Shown: positions 1 to 11,737, counted from the stretch's first letter. The stretch is 23,574 nucleotides of DNA from Pseudothermotoga sp. (GCA_041640575.1 JBEPZZ010000026.1:1-23574), one strand, 5' to 3'. Numbers and translations: made by a program. Notes: generated by a model from the letters alone, not told the origin.

Positions 1-1
1 A

Positions 2-349
2 GAGACTTTAGAATTTGCAAGAAAGTCTCGAGAAGAAGGCTACGAGGTAATTATCGCTGCTGCCGGAATGGCTGCGCACTTACCCGGATTTATTGCTGCG
101 AACACAACTCTACCAGTTATAGGTGTCCCTATCGCATCAACTTTGAACGGCTTGGATGCGTTGCTTTCTATATGCCAGATGCCTCCAGGTATTCCAGTTG
201 CTACTATGGCAATTAATGGAGCAAAAAACGCTGCACTGTTTGCAGTGGAAATTTTGGCTCTGAAGTATGAAAGTTTGCAGAAAAAACTTCTGGAATATCG
301 TGAGGAAATGCGCAAGAAGGTTATCGAAAAAAATCAACCCAAACCTTAA
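2..349 (+). CDS. purE: N5-carboxyaminoimidazole ribonucleotide mutase PurE (class I), 5'-truncated by window edge
   Basis: Frame is open from position 2 ([29 protein letters not shown]). Contains PurE motifs [28 protein letters not shown] and NAA. Confidence 0.96.
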   Translation, partial: ETLEFARKSREEGYEVIIAAAGMAAHLPGFIAANTTLPVIGVPIASTLNGLDALLSICQMPPGIPVATMAINGAKNAALFAVEILALKYESLQKKLLEYREEMRKKVIEKNQPKP

Positions 350-362
350 AGGAGTGGTTTTA

Positions 363-1070
363 ATGAAAAGACAGCTTATTTACGAAGGCAAGGCAAAGAA
401 GGTGTACTCCACCGACGATGAAAACTTACTAATAATTGAGTACAAAGACGACGCAACAGCATTTGACGGCAAAAAACGTGGTACGATACCCAACAAAGGT
501 GCTCTGAACAACAAGATTTCTGGAATCCTTTTTCAATACCTTGAGAAAAATGGCATTAAAACACACTTTGTGAAATTGTTATCAGATAATGAACAGCTTG
601 TCAAAAAGGTTCGAATAATCCCTATTGAAGTCATTGTTCGTAATATTGTTGCTGGTAGCCTTTCTAAAAGATTGGGGATACCAGAAGGTGCTGAACTGAA
701 GCGAACAGTCCTGGAATTTTGTTATAAAAACGATGAACTTGGCGACCCAATGATCAATCATTACCATGCTCTAGCAATGGAACTGGCAACTGAAAGTGAA
801 CTGAAAAGGATAGAAGAGACAGCATTGAAAGTCAACGAACTGCTCAGAAAATTCTTTGCTGAGAGGAATATCATCCTGGTCGACTTCAAACTTGAATTTG
901 GTAGACAGGATAGCGAGATACTCTTAGCCGACGAAATTTCGCCAGACACCTGCAGATTCTGGGATTCGGCAACAAGGGAAAAACTTGATAAAGATCGCTT
1001 TAGAAGGGACCTTGGAAACGTTCAAGAAGCATATTGGGAAATCTATAGACGATTAAGTAAGGAGATGTGA
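363..1070 (+). CDS. purC: SAICAR synthetase PurC
   Basis: Motifs [59 protein letters not shown] at 363 follows the RBS AAGGAGTG, so it is preferred over the ORF-track start at 267. Confidence 0.97.
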   Translation: MKRQLIYEGKAKKVYSTDDENLLIIEYKDDATAFDGKKRGTIPNKGALNNKISGILFQYLEKNGIKTHFVKLLSDNEQLVKKVRIIPIEVIVRNIVAGSLSKRLGIPEGAELKRTVLEFCYKNDELGDPMINHYHALAMELATESELKRIEETALKVNELLRKFFAERNIILVDFKLEFGRQDSEILLADEISPDTCRFWDSATREKLDKDRFRRDLGNVQEAYWEIYRRLSKEM

Positions 1071-1071
1071 T

Positions 1072-1326
1072 ATGTACAAGGTAAAACTTTTCATAAAGCT
1101 TAAAAAACAAGTTCTGGATCCACAGGGAAACGCCGTACGAAATGCTTTAAACAACCTTGGATTCAGTGAGGTCAAATCCGTCAGAATCGGCAAGCTGATT
1201 GAAATAGAACTTGAAGCTCTTGATCAAACTGATGCAGAGCAAAAAGTGAAGCAAATGTGTGAAAAACTTCTGGCAAATCCTGTTACCGAAGATTATGAGA
1301 TTTTCAGTTTGGAGGAACTCAAATGA
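1072..1326 (+). CDS. purS: FGAM synthase subunit PurS
   Basis: 84 aa with VLDPQG, VRIGK and [12 protein letters not shown]; lies between purC and purQ. Confidence 0.96.
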   Translation: MYKVKLFIKLKKQVLDPQGNAVRNALNNLGFSEVKSVRIGKLIEIELEALDQTDAEQKVKQMCEKLLANPVTEDYEIFSLEELK

Positions 1327-2021
1327 AATGTGCGGTTATAGTGTTTCCAGGTTCGAACTGTGACGCTGATGTTTTCCATGTTGCACGCCATGTTCTTGGT
1401 TTCGATACATACTATGTATTTCACAAAGAATCGTTTTACCCAGCAGACTTTGACTTAATTGTGCTGCCAGGAGGCTTCTCCTACGGTGACTACCTGCGGC
1501 CAGGTAGCATTGCAAGGTTTTCACCAGTTATGAATAGTGTGATCGAAGCCGCAAATAAAGACGTTCTAGTGCTAGGCATTTGTAATGGATTTCAGATCCT
1601 AACTGAGGCCGGTTTGTTACACGGAGCACTTTTAAGAAACAAAGATCTCCGTTTTCACTGCCACGACGTGTATTTAAAAGTCGAAAGAAATGACACTCCC
1701 TTTACTTGTCTTTTTGAGGTTGGCGAAGTTGTGAAAATGAGTATAGCACACGGGGACGGAAACTACTACACGAGTAATCCTTTGTCTGTGTTGGACAAAG
1801 TTGTCTTCAAATACTGTGATAAACACGGAAAAATTGTAGAAAGTGCCAATCCGAACGGATCAATCTTTAACATAGCTGGGATAACAAATGAGAGGGCAAA
1901 TGTTTTAGGATTGATGCCTCACCCCGAGAGATGTGCTGAAGAAATTCTTGGATCAACTGGGGGAAGAAAACTGTTTGAATCTATAGCCGCTTATCTGGAA
2001 CGAAGGAAGGTGAAGTGTTGA
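1323..2021 (+). CDS. purQ: FGAM synthase glutaminase subunit PurQ
   Basis: [27 protein letters not shown] (catalytic Cys), AHGDG and MPHPER. Confidence 0.97.
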   Translation: MKCAVIVFPGSNCDADVFHVARHVLGFDTYYVFHKESFYPADFDLIVLPGGFSYGDYLRPGSIARFSPVMNSVIEAANKDVLVLGICNGFQILTEAGLLHGALLRNKDLRFHCHDVYLKVERNDTPFTCLFEVGEVVKMSIAHGDGNYYTSNPLSVLDKVVFKYCDKHGKIVESANPNGSIFNIAGITNERANVLGLMPHPERCAEEILGSTGGRKLFESIAAYLERRKVKC

Positions 2022-4201
2022 AATACAAGGAACTTGGTTTAACTGACGTCGAATATTCGAAGATATTGCAAGATCTTGGCAGAGAACCAAATGATGTTGA
2101 GCTTGGAATGTACTCAGTGATGTGGTCTGAACACTGCAGTTACAAGCATTCTAAGCCGTTGCTCAAACTTTTTCCAACCACTGGCAAGCATGTTGTCCAA
2201 GGTCCCGGAGAAAATGCTGGTATTGTCGACATCGGGGATGGGCTAGTTGTTGTTTTTAAGATGGAGAGTCATAATCATCCTTCAGCTGTCGAACCCTTTC
2301 AGGGTGCTGCGACGGGAATTGGTGGAATCGTCAGGGATATTTTGGCAATGGGCGCAAGACCAATAGCCTTACTTGATTCATTAAGATTCGGTGATTTGAA
2401 CAAGCCTCGAGTTAAATATCTTTTCTCGGGTGTTGTTAGTGGGATAGCACACTATGGAAATTGTATAGGTGTTCCAACGGTTGCAGGAGAGATATATTTT
2501 AGTAGTTGCTATGATGAGAACCCGTTGGTCAACGTAATGTGTGTCGGATTAGCCAGGAAAGAAGAGTTAAAGTTCTCGAGAACTAACAAAAGTAGTGCAA
2601 AAGTTCTTTTGGTTGGTGCCTTGACTGGTAGAGATGGCATTCATGGTGCAAGTTTTGCATCTCAAGATCTAGATGAAGACTCTCAGAGTAAAAAACCTTC
2701 CGTTCAGGTTGGGGATCCTTTTACGGAAAAACTTTTGATAGAAGCTTGTCTTGAAGCTTCAAAAATAGACGGTGTTCTCGCAGTACAAGATTTAGGTGCG
2801 GCTGGTTTAACTTCTGCATGCTCCGAGATTGCTTCCAAGTCTGACAAAGGAATAGTAATCGACGTCAGTAAAGTCCCAAGAAGAGAGCTGGGAATGACTC
2901 CGTACGAGATTGTGCTTTCTGAATCTCAAGAAAGAATGCTCTTAATTGTAGAAGATAAGGCATTAGAAAAGGTTAAACAAATTTTTGAAAAATGGGATTT
3001 GGTCTCTGCAGAAATTGGCTATCTCACTGAAGATGGATATTTTAGTGTCTATGAAGGAATGAATCTTGTTGCAAAAGTACCGGTTAAATCATTAACTGAC
3101 GGAGTACCTATAGTGGAAGTGAAACCTCAAAGCCGTCGAACAAATTTGGAAGTAGTTCATCTGGCAGAACCAAAAAATCTTCAAGATGTCTTTTTGAAAC
3201 TTATTTCAAGCGAAAACATCGCAAGCAAAAAGTTCGTCTTCGAGCAGTATGACCATAGAGTTGGAACGAACACAGTCGTCCTTCCAGGTGGGGATGGGAT
3301 AGTTTTAAGGGTGAAGGGAACAAGAAAAGGTCTGTCTGTGAGCACTGATTGTAACTCGCTTTACTGTTACGTTGATCCATATGAAGGTGGCAAGATAGCC
3401 GTTGCTGAAGCTACAAGAAATGTTGTTGTCACAGGGGCACGTCCAATTGGGATCACAGATTGTTTGAACTTTGCAAATCCAGATAATGCAGAAGTATACT
3501 GGGAATTAAAGACCTGCATAGAAGGAATGGCAGAATCCGCAAGAGTGCTCGGAATACCCATTGTGAGCGGGAATGTCAGCCTTTATAACGAAAGCCCTCA
3601 AAGAAAAATATACCCTACACCAGTCGTTGGGGTTGTCGGATTACTTGAAAACATAGACAAGAGGTGTACTGCGGGATTCAAAAATGTTGGAGATATAATC
3701 GTACTCATAGGAAAACATAGCGATAAACTAACAGCATCAGAATACTTGAGAATTATTCACCATGTTGAACTTGGACCTGTTCCTGCGATTGATCTTGAGT
3801 TTGAAAAAAGACTTCAAGAGTTTTGCCTAGAAGCCATAAAAGAAGAAGTGTTGAACTCAGCGCATGATGTTTCAGAAGGGGGACTTGCTGTAGCCATTGC
3901 AGAGAGTTGTATACTTGGTGAACTTGGCGCAGAGTGCGAACTGAATACAAATGGCAGAAAAGATACTCTACTGTTTAGTGAAACCCAGTCCAGGATCGTG
4001 ATTAGTACATCAATTGAAAAATTTTCGAGATTTGAAGAACTGTGCAAAAAATATGAATTGCCATTCATAGTACTTGGAAAAGTTGCTAGAGAAGGTTTCA
4101 TAGTCAAGGTTAACGGTGAAAAAGTCATTGAGGTTCCAACGAATCAACTAACTGACTTATATATGAATGCGCTGGAGAGGAAACTGTTCGATGAAACTTA
4201 A
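2015..4201 (+). CDS. purL: FGAM synthase subunit PurL (small form)
   Basis: [74 protein letters not shown] start after AGGAAGGTGA. Confidence 0.97.
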   Translation: MLKYKELGLTDVEYSKILQDLGREPNDVELGMYSVMWSEHCSYKHSKPLLKLFPTTGKHVVQGPGENAGIVDIGDGLVVVFKMESHNHPSAVEPFQGAATGIGGIVRDILAMGARPIALLDSLRFGDLNKPRVKYLFSGVVSGIAHYGNCIGVPTVAGEIYFSSCYDENPLVNVMCVGLARKEELKFSRTNKSSAKVLLVGALTGRDGIHGASFASQDLDEDSQSKKPSVQVGDPFTEKLLIEACLEASKIDGVLAVQDLGAAGLTSACSEIASKSDKGIVIDVSKVPRRELGMTPYEIVLSESQERMLLIVEDKALEKVKQIFEKWDLVSAEIGYLTEDGYFSVYEGMNLVAKVPVKSLTDGVPIVEVKPQSRRTNLEVVHLAEPKNLQDVFLKLISSENIASKKFVFEQYDHRVGTNTVVLPGGDGIVLRVKGTRKGLSVSTDCNSLYCYVDPYEGGKIAVAEATRNVVVTGARPIGITDCLNFANPDNAEVYWELKTCIEGMAESARVLGIPIVSGNVSLYNESPQRKIYPTPVVGVVGLLENIDKRCTAGFKNVGDIIVLIGKHSDKLTASEYLRIIHHVELGPVPAIDLEFEKRLQEFCLEAIKEEVLNSAHDVSEGGLAVAIAESCILGELGAECELNTNGRKDTLLFSETQSRIVISTSIEKFSRFEELCKKYELPFIVLGKVAREGFIVKVNGEKVIEVPTNQLTDLYMNALERKLFDET

Positions 4202-5588
4202 GGAAGCTTGTGGGATATTTGGTATATATTCATTCAATTTCGATCCGGAGATAGCTCGAACGGTATACTATGCCTTGTTTGCTTTGCAGCACCGAGGTCA
4301 AGAAAGTGCTGGTATAGCTGTTAGTGATGGAAAGAAGATAAGGTACCACAAAGGCTTGGGTTTAGCCGTCGAGGTTTTCAAAGAAGAAGATCTACAAAAG
4401 CTTTATGGAAACATTGCTATAGGTCATGTCAGATATTCCACGACTGGTTCCAACACTTTCGCCAATTCACAACCAATTGTTGTTCAATGTATAGCGGGCG
4501 AACTTGCTATAGCGCATAACGGAAATATTGTAAACGCACAAGAAATAAGGACTCAACTTGAAACAAAAGGGGTTTTCTTCCAAACAACAACTGACAGTGA
4601 GGTAATTGCTGCAACCTTGGTACAAGGTTTTTCAAAATCCCTACAACAGACCATAAAAGAAACATTTAAATCTCTGCAAGGTGCTTATTCACTTGTGATA
4701 ATGACGAATGATAAATTGATCGCCGTTCGTGACCCATATGGATTTCGACCATTATGCTTAGGTAAATACAATGGTTCATACGTTGTAGCTTCTGAAAGCG
4801 TTGCACTTGATGCAATCGGGGCACAGTTTCTTAGAGATGTCGAACCGGGTGAAATCATCGTAATCGATTCCTTTGGCCTAAGAAGTGAAAGATTCTCGTT
4901 AGAATCGAAAAAATCTCTATGTACTTTTGAGTATGTTTATTTTGCAAGACCTGACAGTGTGATTGACAGTGTAAGTGTGTATATGGCACGTTACAACATG
5001 GGTATCGAGCTAGCGAAGGAGCATCCTGCTGAAGCGGACTTGGTGATTGGTGTACCGGATTCAGGTACCGTCGCAGCAATAGGTTACTCCGATTGTTCAA
5101 AGATACGAAATGGTCTGGGTCTTATAAAAAATCGTTACATTGCAAGGACCTTCATTCAACCATCACAAAGGATGAGAAGTCTTGGTGTAAAGCTCAAACT
5201 AAGTGCACTCAAAGAAATTGTCAAAAATCAAAGAATAGTACTAGTAGATGATTCAATTGTTCGTGGTACAACAATGCACCAGATTGTTAGAATGCTGAAA
5301 GAAGCAGGAGCAAAGGAAGTTCACGTCAGGATAAGTTCACCACCAGTTAGATACAGTTGCTATTTCGGAATTGACACACCCACACAAAAAGAACTGGTGG
5401 CATCTGAGCTTGAAATTGAAGAAATTCGAAAATTGATTGAAGCAGAATCGCTTGGTTACTTGTCCATGGAAGGCTTAATCAGAGCGATAGGTTTGGAAAA
5501 CAATCGGTTGTGTCTAGCTTGTTTTAATGGTGACTATCCATTTGATGTGCCAAAAGAAGGCAAAAAACACCTATTCGAAAAGCGATAA
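4191..5588 (+). CDS. purF: Amidophosphoribosyltransferase PurF (propeptide, Fe-S type)
   Basis: [11 protein letters not shown] Ntn start, [27 protein letters not shown] (PRPP site) and Fe-S Cys motifs [26 protein letters not shown] at 4191 after GGAGAGG. Confidence 0.97.
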   Translation: MKLKEACGIFGIYSFNFDPEIARTVYYALFALQHRGQESAGIAVSDGKKIRYHKGLGLAVEVFKEEDLQKLYGNIAIGHVRYSTTGSNTFANSQPIVVQCIAGELAIAHNGNIVNAQEIRTQLETKGVFFQTTTDSEVIAATLVQGFSKSLQQTIKETFKSLQGAYSLVIMTNDKLIAVRDPYGFRPLCLGKYNGSYVVASESVALDAIGAQFLRDVEPGEIIVIDSFGLRSERFSLESKKSLCTFEYVYFARPDSVIDSVSVYMARYNMGIELAKEHPAEADLVIGVPDSGTVAAIGYSDCSKIRNGLGLIKNRYIARTFIQPSQRMRSLGVKLKLSALKEIVKNQRIVLVDDSIVRGTTMHQIVRMLKEAGAKEVHVRISSPPVRYSCYFGIDTPTQKELVASELEIEEIRKLIEAESLGYLSMEGLIRAIGLENNRLCLACFNGDYPFDVPKEGKKHLFEKR

Positions 5589-5604
5589 CTGCGGGGTGGT
5601 TTAA

Positions 5605-6615
5605 TTGAAAAGCTACAAGGAAGCAGGTGTTGATATTGATGCTGCAGACAGATCTGTGGAGATGATAAAACATTTAGCAAAGAAAACCTTTAACGAAAAC
5701 GTTGTTGGAGACATTGGGAGTTTTGCAGGTTTTTATAAACTTACTGGTTATAAGAATCCGGTTCTGGTTTCGGGTACCGATGGTGTTGGAACAAAATTGA
5801 AAATAGCTTTCATGATGGATAAACACGATACAGTAGGAATCGATTGTGTTGCTATGTGTGTTAACGATGTTCTCGTTCATGGAGCATTCCCATTGTTTTT
5901 TCTCGATTATATAGCGACCGGAAAGTTGGTACCAGAAAAGATTGCACAGATTGTCAAGGGCATAAGTGATGGCTGTCTTGAGGCTGAATGTGCATTAATA
6001 GGTGGAGAAACTGCTCAAATGCCGGATTTCTATAAAGAAGACGAGTACGACCTGGCAGGTTTTGCTGTAGGCGCCGTAGAAAGAGAAATGCTGATAGATG
6101 GCTCAAGGGTGAGGGAAAAAGATATCGTCATTGGTATAGCTTCAAGTGGTCTTCACAGTAATGGCTTTTCGCTGGCAAGAAAAGTCCTGTTACCAAAATA
6201 CAATCTCAATGAATACTTTGAAGATCTTGGAAAAACGCTCGGTGAAGAACTTCTAACACCAACCAAAATTTATGTGAAAGTTGTAAAGAGGATTGACTTG
6301 AAAAAAATTAATGCCATGGCCCATATAACAGGAGGAGGTCTTGTAGAAAATGTTCCAAGAGTACTACCCAGTGGCCTTGAGGTTGTCATAGACAAAAGTT
6401 CATGGCCATGTCCCCCAATTTTCAAATTAATTCAAAAAACGGGGCAAATTGACGAAAGTGAAATGTTCAGAACTTTCAACATGGGTATAGGTTTCGTGTT
6501 GATAACCAAAGACCAGTATGCTGATGAAGTGATGAGGAAGATAAACCAATTTGGGGACCACGCATATTTCATTGGTGTAGTTCGGAAAGGTGAGAGAGGT
6601 GTTGTGCTTGAATAA
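5605..6615 (+). CDS. purM: AIR synthetase PurM
   Basis: YKEAGVDID, TDGVGTK, AMCVND, FFLDY, GGETAQMP, SSGLHSNGFS, HITGGG, RTFNMGIG; TTG start. Confidence 0.97.
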   Translation: MKSYKEAGVDIDAADRSVEMIKHLAKKTFNENVVGDIGSFAGFYKLTGYKNPVLVSGTDGVGTKLKIAFMMDKHDTVGIDCVAMCVNDVLVHGAFPLFFLDYIATGKLVPEKIAQIVKGISDGCLEAECALIGGETAQMPDFYKEDEYDLAGFAVGAVEREMLIDGSRVREKDIVIGIASSGLHSNGFSLARKVLLPKYNLNEYFEDLGKTLGEELLTPTKIYVKVVKRIDLKKINAMAHITGGGLVENVPRVLPSGLEVVIDKSSWPCPPIFKLIQKTGQIDESEMFRTFNMGIGFVLITKDQYADEVMRKINQFGDHAYFIGVVRKGERGVVLE

Positions 6616-7252
6616 GCCTCTTAATCTGGGAGTTCTTGTTTCAGGACAGGGCACAAATCTTCAAGCGATCATTGACGCTTGCCAAAAAGGTGAGATCAAT
6701 TGTCGTGTTAGTGTTGTTATCAGCAGCAGACAAGATGCTTATGCACTCATAAGGGCACGCAATCATGGGATACCAAACTTTGTTGTGCGTAAAAAAGATT
6801 ATCCGAGCCAGATTGAATACGAAAAGGCTATGATCGAAATACTAAAAAATCATGGCGTTGAACTCGTAATTCTTGCTGGTTTTATGAAGGTACTGTCTCC
6901 ATATTTTGTTGATCATTATAGAAATAGGATAATAAACATACATCCTTCTTTGATTCCTGCATTCTGTGGGAAAAATCTCTACGGTATGAAAGTTCATGAG
7001 GCAGTTATAGCATATGGTGCAAAAATCACCGGTGCAACGGTTCATTTTGTTGATGAAAATGTTGACGCCGGCCCGATAATACTTCAAGAACCTGTCAGCG
7101 TTGATCAGGATGATACGCCGGAAAGTCTTGCAGAAAAAGTACACAAAGTTGAGCATAAACTTTTGATCAAAGCTATCAAATTATTTTCTGAAAATAGACT
7201 GGAAATTCTAGGTCGAAAAGTAATCGTAAAGGAAGGTGACACCGTCTCATGA
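6608..7252 (+). CDS. purN: GAR transformylase PurN
   Basis: VLVSGQGTNLQAII, LAGFMKVL, NIHPSLIP, GATVHFVD, DAGPII. Probable TTG start at 6608 after GAGAGGTG (the ORF track starts at 6590). Confidence 0.96.
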   Translation: MNKPLNLGVLVSGQGTNLQAIIDACQKGEINCRVSVVISSRQDAYALIRARNHGIPNFVVRKKDYPSQIEYEKAMIEILKNHGVELVILAGFMKVLSPYFVDHYRNRIINIHPSLIPAFCGKNLYGMKVHEAVIAYGAKITGATVHFVDENVDAGPIILQEPVSVDQDDTPESLAEKVHKVEHKLLIKAIKLFSENRLEILGRKVIVKEGDTVS

Positions 7253-8772
7253 TAGAGAGAGCACTGATTTCGGTCTATGACAAAACCGATTTGCTGGATT
7301 TCGCGCGTTTCTTGTTGGAACATTCGATAGAAATAATCAGCTCTGGAGGTACTGCGAGGTTTCTGAAGGAAAATGGATTAACGGTCAAAAGTATCGATGA
7401 GATAACCGGTTTTCCCGAGATCTTGAACGGTAGAGTCAAGACACTACATCCCAAGATCCATGGAGCTATACTTGCAGATAAACAAAAACGATCGCATTTA
7501 GAAGAGCTTTCAAGATTGTCCATTGAACCTATAGATATCGTTGTTGTCAACCTTTATCCCTTTGAGAAAACTTACATTAACAATGCACCTCACGAAGAAA
7601 TAATTGAAAACATAGACATTGGTGGTCCAACACTCATTCGCGCCGCTGCGAAGAATTACATGAACGTTACTGTTATCTGCGATCCCAAAGATTATCAAAC
7701 AGTCATTGACGAGATCAAACAATACGGTGAGGTTCGCCTTGAAACCAGGTTGAAACTTGCACATAAAGCCTTTGAACTGACTGCTTATTACGATTCACTC
7801 GTGGCAAGGTATTTTCGTGAGAAAACAAAGGAGATTTTCCCTGAGGTTCTTACATTTGGTTTCAGGCGCCATCAAATTCTAAGATATGGCGAAAACCCTC
7901 ATCAATTGGCCGCATCTTACATGGATTTGAAAACTGAGGGAACGATACTAAATGCCGAACAGCTTTGGGGTAAGGAGCTCTCTTTCAACAACGTTCTGGA
8001 TGCTGATTCGGCATTGAACATTATTAGGGAATTCGAAGAACCATGCGCCGTTGGAGTCAAACACAACAATCCCTGTGCAGTTGCATGTGGTAAAAATTTG
8101 GTCGAGGCTTATCAAAAAATGTATGAAGCGGATCCTTTATCAATATTTGGTGGTATCGTCGCATTGAACAGAATTGTTGACGAAGAAACAGCTGAAAAGA
8201 TGTCAGAAATCTTCCTTGAAGTTATCATCGCACCTGATTACAGCTCAGAAGCATTAAAAATTTTAACGAAAAAGAAAAATCTAAGGCTACTCAAAGTTGA
8301 GATCAGTAAGCCATCAAGTGTGGAATATGATCTGAAAAAAGTCTCAGGAGGGGCACTTGTTCAAACTCCAGACTTGGTGACTTATGAATCACTTAAATGT
8401 GTCACCTTTAGAAAACCGACAGAAGAAGAAATGAAGGAGATGTTATTTGCATGGAAAGTTGTTAAGCATGCAAAATCAAATGCAGTAGTCATGACGAAAA
8501 ATTCCGCTACGATTGCGATCGGTTGTGGGCAAGTCAACAGATTATGGCCAACAGAGCATTGTGTCCGCATAGCTGGCGAAAGAGCAAAAGGAGCAGTTTT
8601 AGCTTCAGATGCTTTCTTCCCATTTTCTGATGCCGTTGAAATTGCTGCAAAAGCTGGTGTTACAGCTATTATTCAACCTGGAGGTTCAGTCCGAGATGAC
8701 GAAGTTATACAGGTCGCAAATGATTACAACATTGCAATGATTTTTACAGGAACCAGGCATTTCAAACATTGA
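7249..8772 (+). CDS. purH: Bifunctional AICAR transformylase / IMP cyclohydrolase PurH
   Basis: RALISVYDK, GRVKTLHP, NLYPF, IDIGGPTLIRAAAKN, LRYGENPHQ, KHNNPC, ASDAFFPF, TGTRHFKH. Confidence 0.97.
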   Translation: MIERALISVYDKTDLLDFARFLLEHSIEIISSGGTARFLKENGLTVKSIDEITGFPEILNGRVKTLHPKIHGAILADKQKRSHLEELSRLSIEPIDIVVVNLYPFEKTYINNAPHEEIIENIDIGGPTLIRAAAKNYMNVTVICDPKDYQTVIDEIKQYGEVRLETRLKLAHKAFELTAYYDSLVARYFREKTKEIFPEVLTFGFRRHQILRYGENPHQLAASYMDLKTEGTILNAEQLWGKELSFNNVLDADSALNIIREFEEPCAVGVKHNNPCAVACGKNLVEAYQKMYEADPLSIFGGIVALNRIVDEETAEKMSEIFLEVIIAPDYSSEALKILTKKKNLRLLKVEISKPSSVEYDLKKVSGGALVQTPDLVTYESLKCVTFRKPTEEEMKEMLFAWKVVKHAKSNAVVMTKNSATIAIGCGQVNRLWPTEHCVRIAGERAKGAVLASDAFFPFSDAVEIAAKAGVTAIIQPGGSVRDDEVIQVANDYNIAMIFTGTRHFKH

Positions 8773-8791
8773 CAGCTGGTTGGTGATCACG

Positions 8792-10036
8792 GTGAAAATT
8801 CTCATAGTCGGTTCAGGTGGAAGGGAGCATGCTATCAGTTGGAAACTTGCAAAGGATGATCCTACCATCAAGCTTTACTGTGCTGGCCAAAACGCAGGAA
8901 TAAGTCAGATTGCAGAATGCGTTAACCTCAAATCAGTTAGTGAAATAACCGATTTTGCTCAAAAAAATAATATAGATTTTACCATCGTTGGTCCAGAGGC
9001 TTTCCTTGTTGAAGGCATAGTGGACGAATTTTCAAGAAGAAACCTAAAAATTTTTGGGCCATCAAAAACGGCAGCGCAGCTTGAGGCAAGCAAAGCCTTT
9101 GCTAAAGAATTCATGGCGAAGCATAAAGTTCCAACGGCTGATTTTGTCGTGTTTGATGACCCAAGTGAGGCGATTAAATTCGTTGAGAAAAGGAACGAGC
9201 CTGTCGTTATAAAAGCTGATGGGCTTGCTGCTGGGAAAGGGACCTTTGTAACAAAATCAAAAGCAGAAAGTGTTGAAGCCATAGATTTGATTATGAGAAA
9301 GAAAATCTTTGGTGAGTCAGGCAAGAAGATTGTAATTGAGAAATTTTTGGCAGGAAAAGAGGTTTCAGCTTTAGCCTTTTGTGATGGTTTTAGTATCATA
9401 CCAATGCCCGGTTGTATGGATTACAAAAGGGCATATGACGGTGATCAAGGACCAAATACGGGTGGGATGGGATGCGTTTCACCTGTGCCACATTATGACG
9501 AAGAAATCCAAGAAATGGTGAGAAAAACTATTTTTGAAAGAACTCTTAATGGACTCCAAGAAGAAAAGATTGACTACCGCGGTGTAATATATGCTGGTTT
9601 GATGATAACGAAGCAAGGGCCATATGTACTTGAATATAATTGCCGTTTTGGTGACCCAGAAACACAAGTACTAATGATTCTTCTCAAAACGAATCTTCTT
9701 GAAATACTTTATGCGACGGTTGAGCAGCAGCTTTCGAAAATCAAAGTAGATTGGTTTAATAAAGCTTGTGTCTGTGTCGTGCTAGCAAGTGGTGGATATC
9801 CTGAAGCCTATGAAATTGGCTACGAAATTGAGGGCTTAGATAAGTGTGAAACATTAGTCTTTCATGCAGGTACTAAGAAAATTAACAACAAGTATGTCAC
9901 AAACGGTGGAAGAGTTCTAAATATCTGTGCGATGGATGAAACCATTTCAGAAGCTCGAGAAATAGTTTACAAAGAAATTCTAAAGATTCGGTTTAACAAA
10001 ATGCATTACAGAAAGGATATAGGCCTCAACCTTTGA
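8792..10036 (+). CDS. purD: GAR synthetase PurD
   Basis: KILIVGSGGREHA, VGPE, LEASKAFAK, KADGLAAGKG, GPNTGGMG, EYNCRFGDPE, NGGRVL, YRKDIG. Probable GTG start at 8792. Confidence 0.97.
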   Translation: MKILIVGSGGREHAISWKLAKDDPTIKLYCAGQNAGISQIAECVNLKSVSEITDFAQKNNIDFTIVGPEAFLVEGIVDEFSRRNLKIFGPSKTAAQLEASKAFAKEFMAKHKVPTADFVVFDDPSEAIKFVEKRNEPVVIKADGLAAGKGTFVTKSKAESVEAIDLIMRKKIFGESGKKIVIEKFLAGKEVSALAFCDGFSIIPMPGCMDYKRAYDGDQGPNTGGMGCVSPVPHYDEEIQEMVRKTIFERTLNGLQEEKIDYRGVIYAGLMITKQGPYVLEYNCRFGDPETQVLMILLKTNLLEILYATVEQQLSKIKVDWFNKACVCVVLASGGYPEAYEIGYEIEGLDKCETLVFHAGTKKINNKYVTNGGRVLNICAMDETISEAREIVYKEILKIRFNKMHYRKDIGLNL

Positions 10037-10859
10037 TACCGGTCATCGTAATGCCTTTTATTAAGTATTTCTGACCCACTAAGAAAACAACTATTGAAGG
10101 AATTACACCAACAGTTGCTGCTGCCATCAAAAGGTTCCAGGTCGTTCCGTACATTCCTTGAAAACTCGCCAAACCAATTGTTATAGTTTTCATTTTGTCT
10201 CTGCTCACGATTATCAGTGGCCAGAGGAGATTGTTCCACTGAAACACAAAGGTAAGAACAGCCAATGTGGAAACTGCTGGTATAGCCATTGGTACTATGA
10301 TTCTCCATAAGATGTAGAACCTTGTTGCGCCATCTATCCTTGCTGCATCCTCATAATCTCTGGGAATGGTCATGAAAAATTGGCGCATCAGAAAAACACC
10401 AAATACCGTAAAAACATTCGGTATTATCAAACCAAAATAAGTATCTGTCCATCTCAACCACTTCATCAAAATAAAATTTGGTATCATGGTGACTTGACCA
10501 GGGATCATCATCGTTGCAAGAAAAAGCAGGAATAATTTATCCCGTCCTGGAAACTCCAATCTTGCGAACGCGTATGCACTCAGGCATGCCACAAAGACAT
10601 GTAAAACTGTTATACCTCCGGACACTATAACACTATTCAACATGTAAACACCTATTGGAGCCAGAGACCAAATTCTCGAATAATTTTCAAGCTGAAAATA
10701 TTTAGGTATCCATCTTGGAGGATACTCAAAAACCTCACCAAGTGCTTTGAAAGAAGTTGAAACCATCCAGAGAAACGGTACAATCATTAACGAACATACG
10801 ATAATCATAAATAAGAAAAGAATTAGATTGATTATAAATTCTTTTTTCTTCCTCTTCAT
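10026..10859 (-). CDS. Carbohydrate ABC transporter permease (MalG/UgpE-like, CUT1)
   Basis: Multiple hydrophobic segments, PFLWMVSTSFK, AYAFARLEFPG and the EAA loop IPRDYEDAARIDGA. ATG at 10859 overlaps the upstream stop (ATGA). Confidence 0.93.
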   Translation of the reverse strand: MKRKKKEFIINLILFLFMIIVCSLMIVPFLWMVSTSFKALGEVFEYPPRWIPKYFQLENYSRIWSLAPIGVYMLNSVIVSGGITVLHVFVACLSAYAFARLEFPGRDKLFLLFLATMMIPGQVTMIPNFILMKWLRWTDTYFGLIIPNVFTVFGVFLMRQFFMTIPRDYEDAARIDGATRFYILWRIIVPMAIPAVSTLAVLTFVFQWNNLLWPLIIVSRDKMKTITIGLASFQGMYGTTWNLLMAAATVGVIPSIVVFLVGQKYLIKGITMTGIKG

Positions 10860-11737
10860 TCGTAATAAACCCACCTTCTTTGATAGAAAAATTGGATCAA
10901 GGTAGCAATAAAAATTATTGCAAAAAGTACCCATGCAATTGCGGAAGCATAACCCATTCTAAACCATTGAAACGCATTGCTGTAAATGTAATATACTATT
11001 GTGCTTGTAGCATAGCCAGGACCACCACCAGTGAGAATATAAGCTTGGTCAAAGACTTGGAATGAACTTATCACGTTTATTACTATGACAAAGAAAGTTG
11101 TAGGTGAGAGCAAAGGAAGAGTTATATACCAGAAACTCTTGAATTTGTTGGCACCATCAATCCATGCGGCTTCATACAGAGATATCGGTATACCTTCAAG
11201 ACCCGCCATAAAAATGATTGCCGACAAACCCAAATCTTTCCAGACGCTAAATATTATTAATGCAAGTAACGCCCAGTTTGCTTGTGAAAGCCATCTTGGA
11301 AGATTTGAGAATCCTAATGTGTAGAGAAATTCATTAAGCAATCCAAAATCGGCGTTGAATATCCATCTCCAGACCATCGCTGCAGAAACAGTTGGAACAA
11401 TTACAGGTAGGAAAACTATTGCTCTGAAAATTGTACGCCCTGGAATTCTTCTAACCAAAATCATCGCTAAGAATAATCCAAGTATGACTCTAGACGGGAC
11501 AGTACCAATCACGAACCAGAACGTATTTTTTAGAACCAACCTAAAAGTTTGATCATGACTCAGTAGTTTTATGTAATTTTCAAAGCCAACAAATTTTGGC
11601 TGAGTCACCAAATCCCACTCAAGGAAGCTTAAAATAAACGAAGTAATAACTGCAGCAAAAACAAAAATTGAAAATCCAATGAAACCAGGTAAAAGAAAAA
11701 ACCAACCCGTTAGTGCTTCCTTTGTTCTCAATTTCAT
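10856..11737 (-). CDS. Carbohydrate ABC transporter permease (MalF/UgpA-like, CUT1)
   Basis: FVGFENY, EAA loop IPISLYEAAWIDGA, ITLPLLSPT, FQVFD, TGGGPG, GYASAIAW. Confidence 0.93.
   Translation of the reverse strand: MKLRTKEALTGWFFLLPGFIGFSIFVFAAVITSFILSFLEWDLVTQPKFVGFENYIKLLSHDQTFRLVLKNTFWFVIGTVPSRVILGLFLAMILVRRIPGRTIFRAIVFLPVIVPTVSAAMVWRWIFNADFGLLNEFLYTLGFSNLPRWLSQANWALLALIIFSVWKDLGLSAIIFMAGLEGIPISLYEAAWIDGANKFKSFWYITLPLLSPTTFFVIVINVISSFQVFDQAYILTGGGPGYATSTIVYYIYSNAFQWFRMGYASAIAWVLFAIIFIATLIQFFYQRRWVYYE

Noticed and set aside
267..362. N-terminal extension of purC in the ORF track (similar extensions at 4167, 6590, 8780, 10934, 13905 and 16651)
   Set aside because: These overlap upstream genes or RBSs. 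The downstream starts have better RBS spacing and match the family N-termini.
40..9667. Numerous 60-146 aa minus-strand ORFs opposite the pur genes
   Set aside because: Shadow ORFs antisense to well-conserved genes, with no recognisable motifs.
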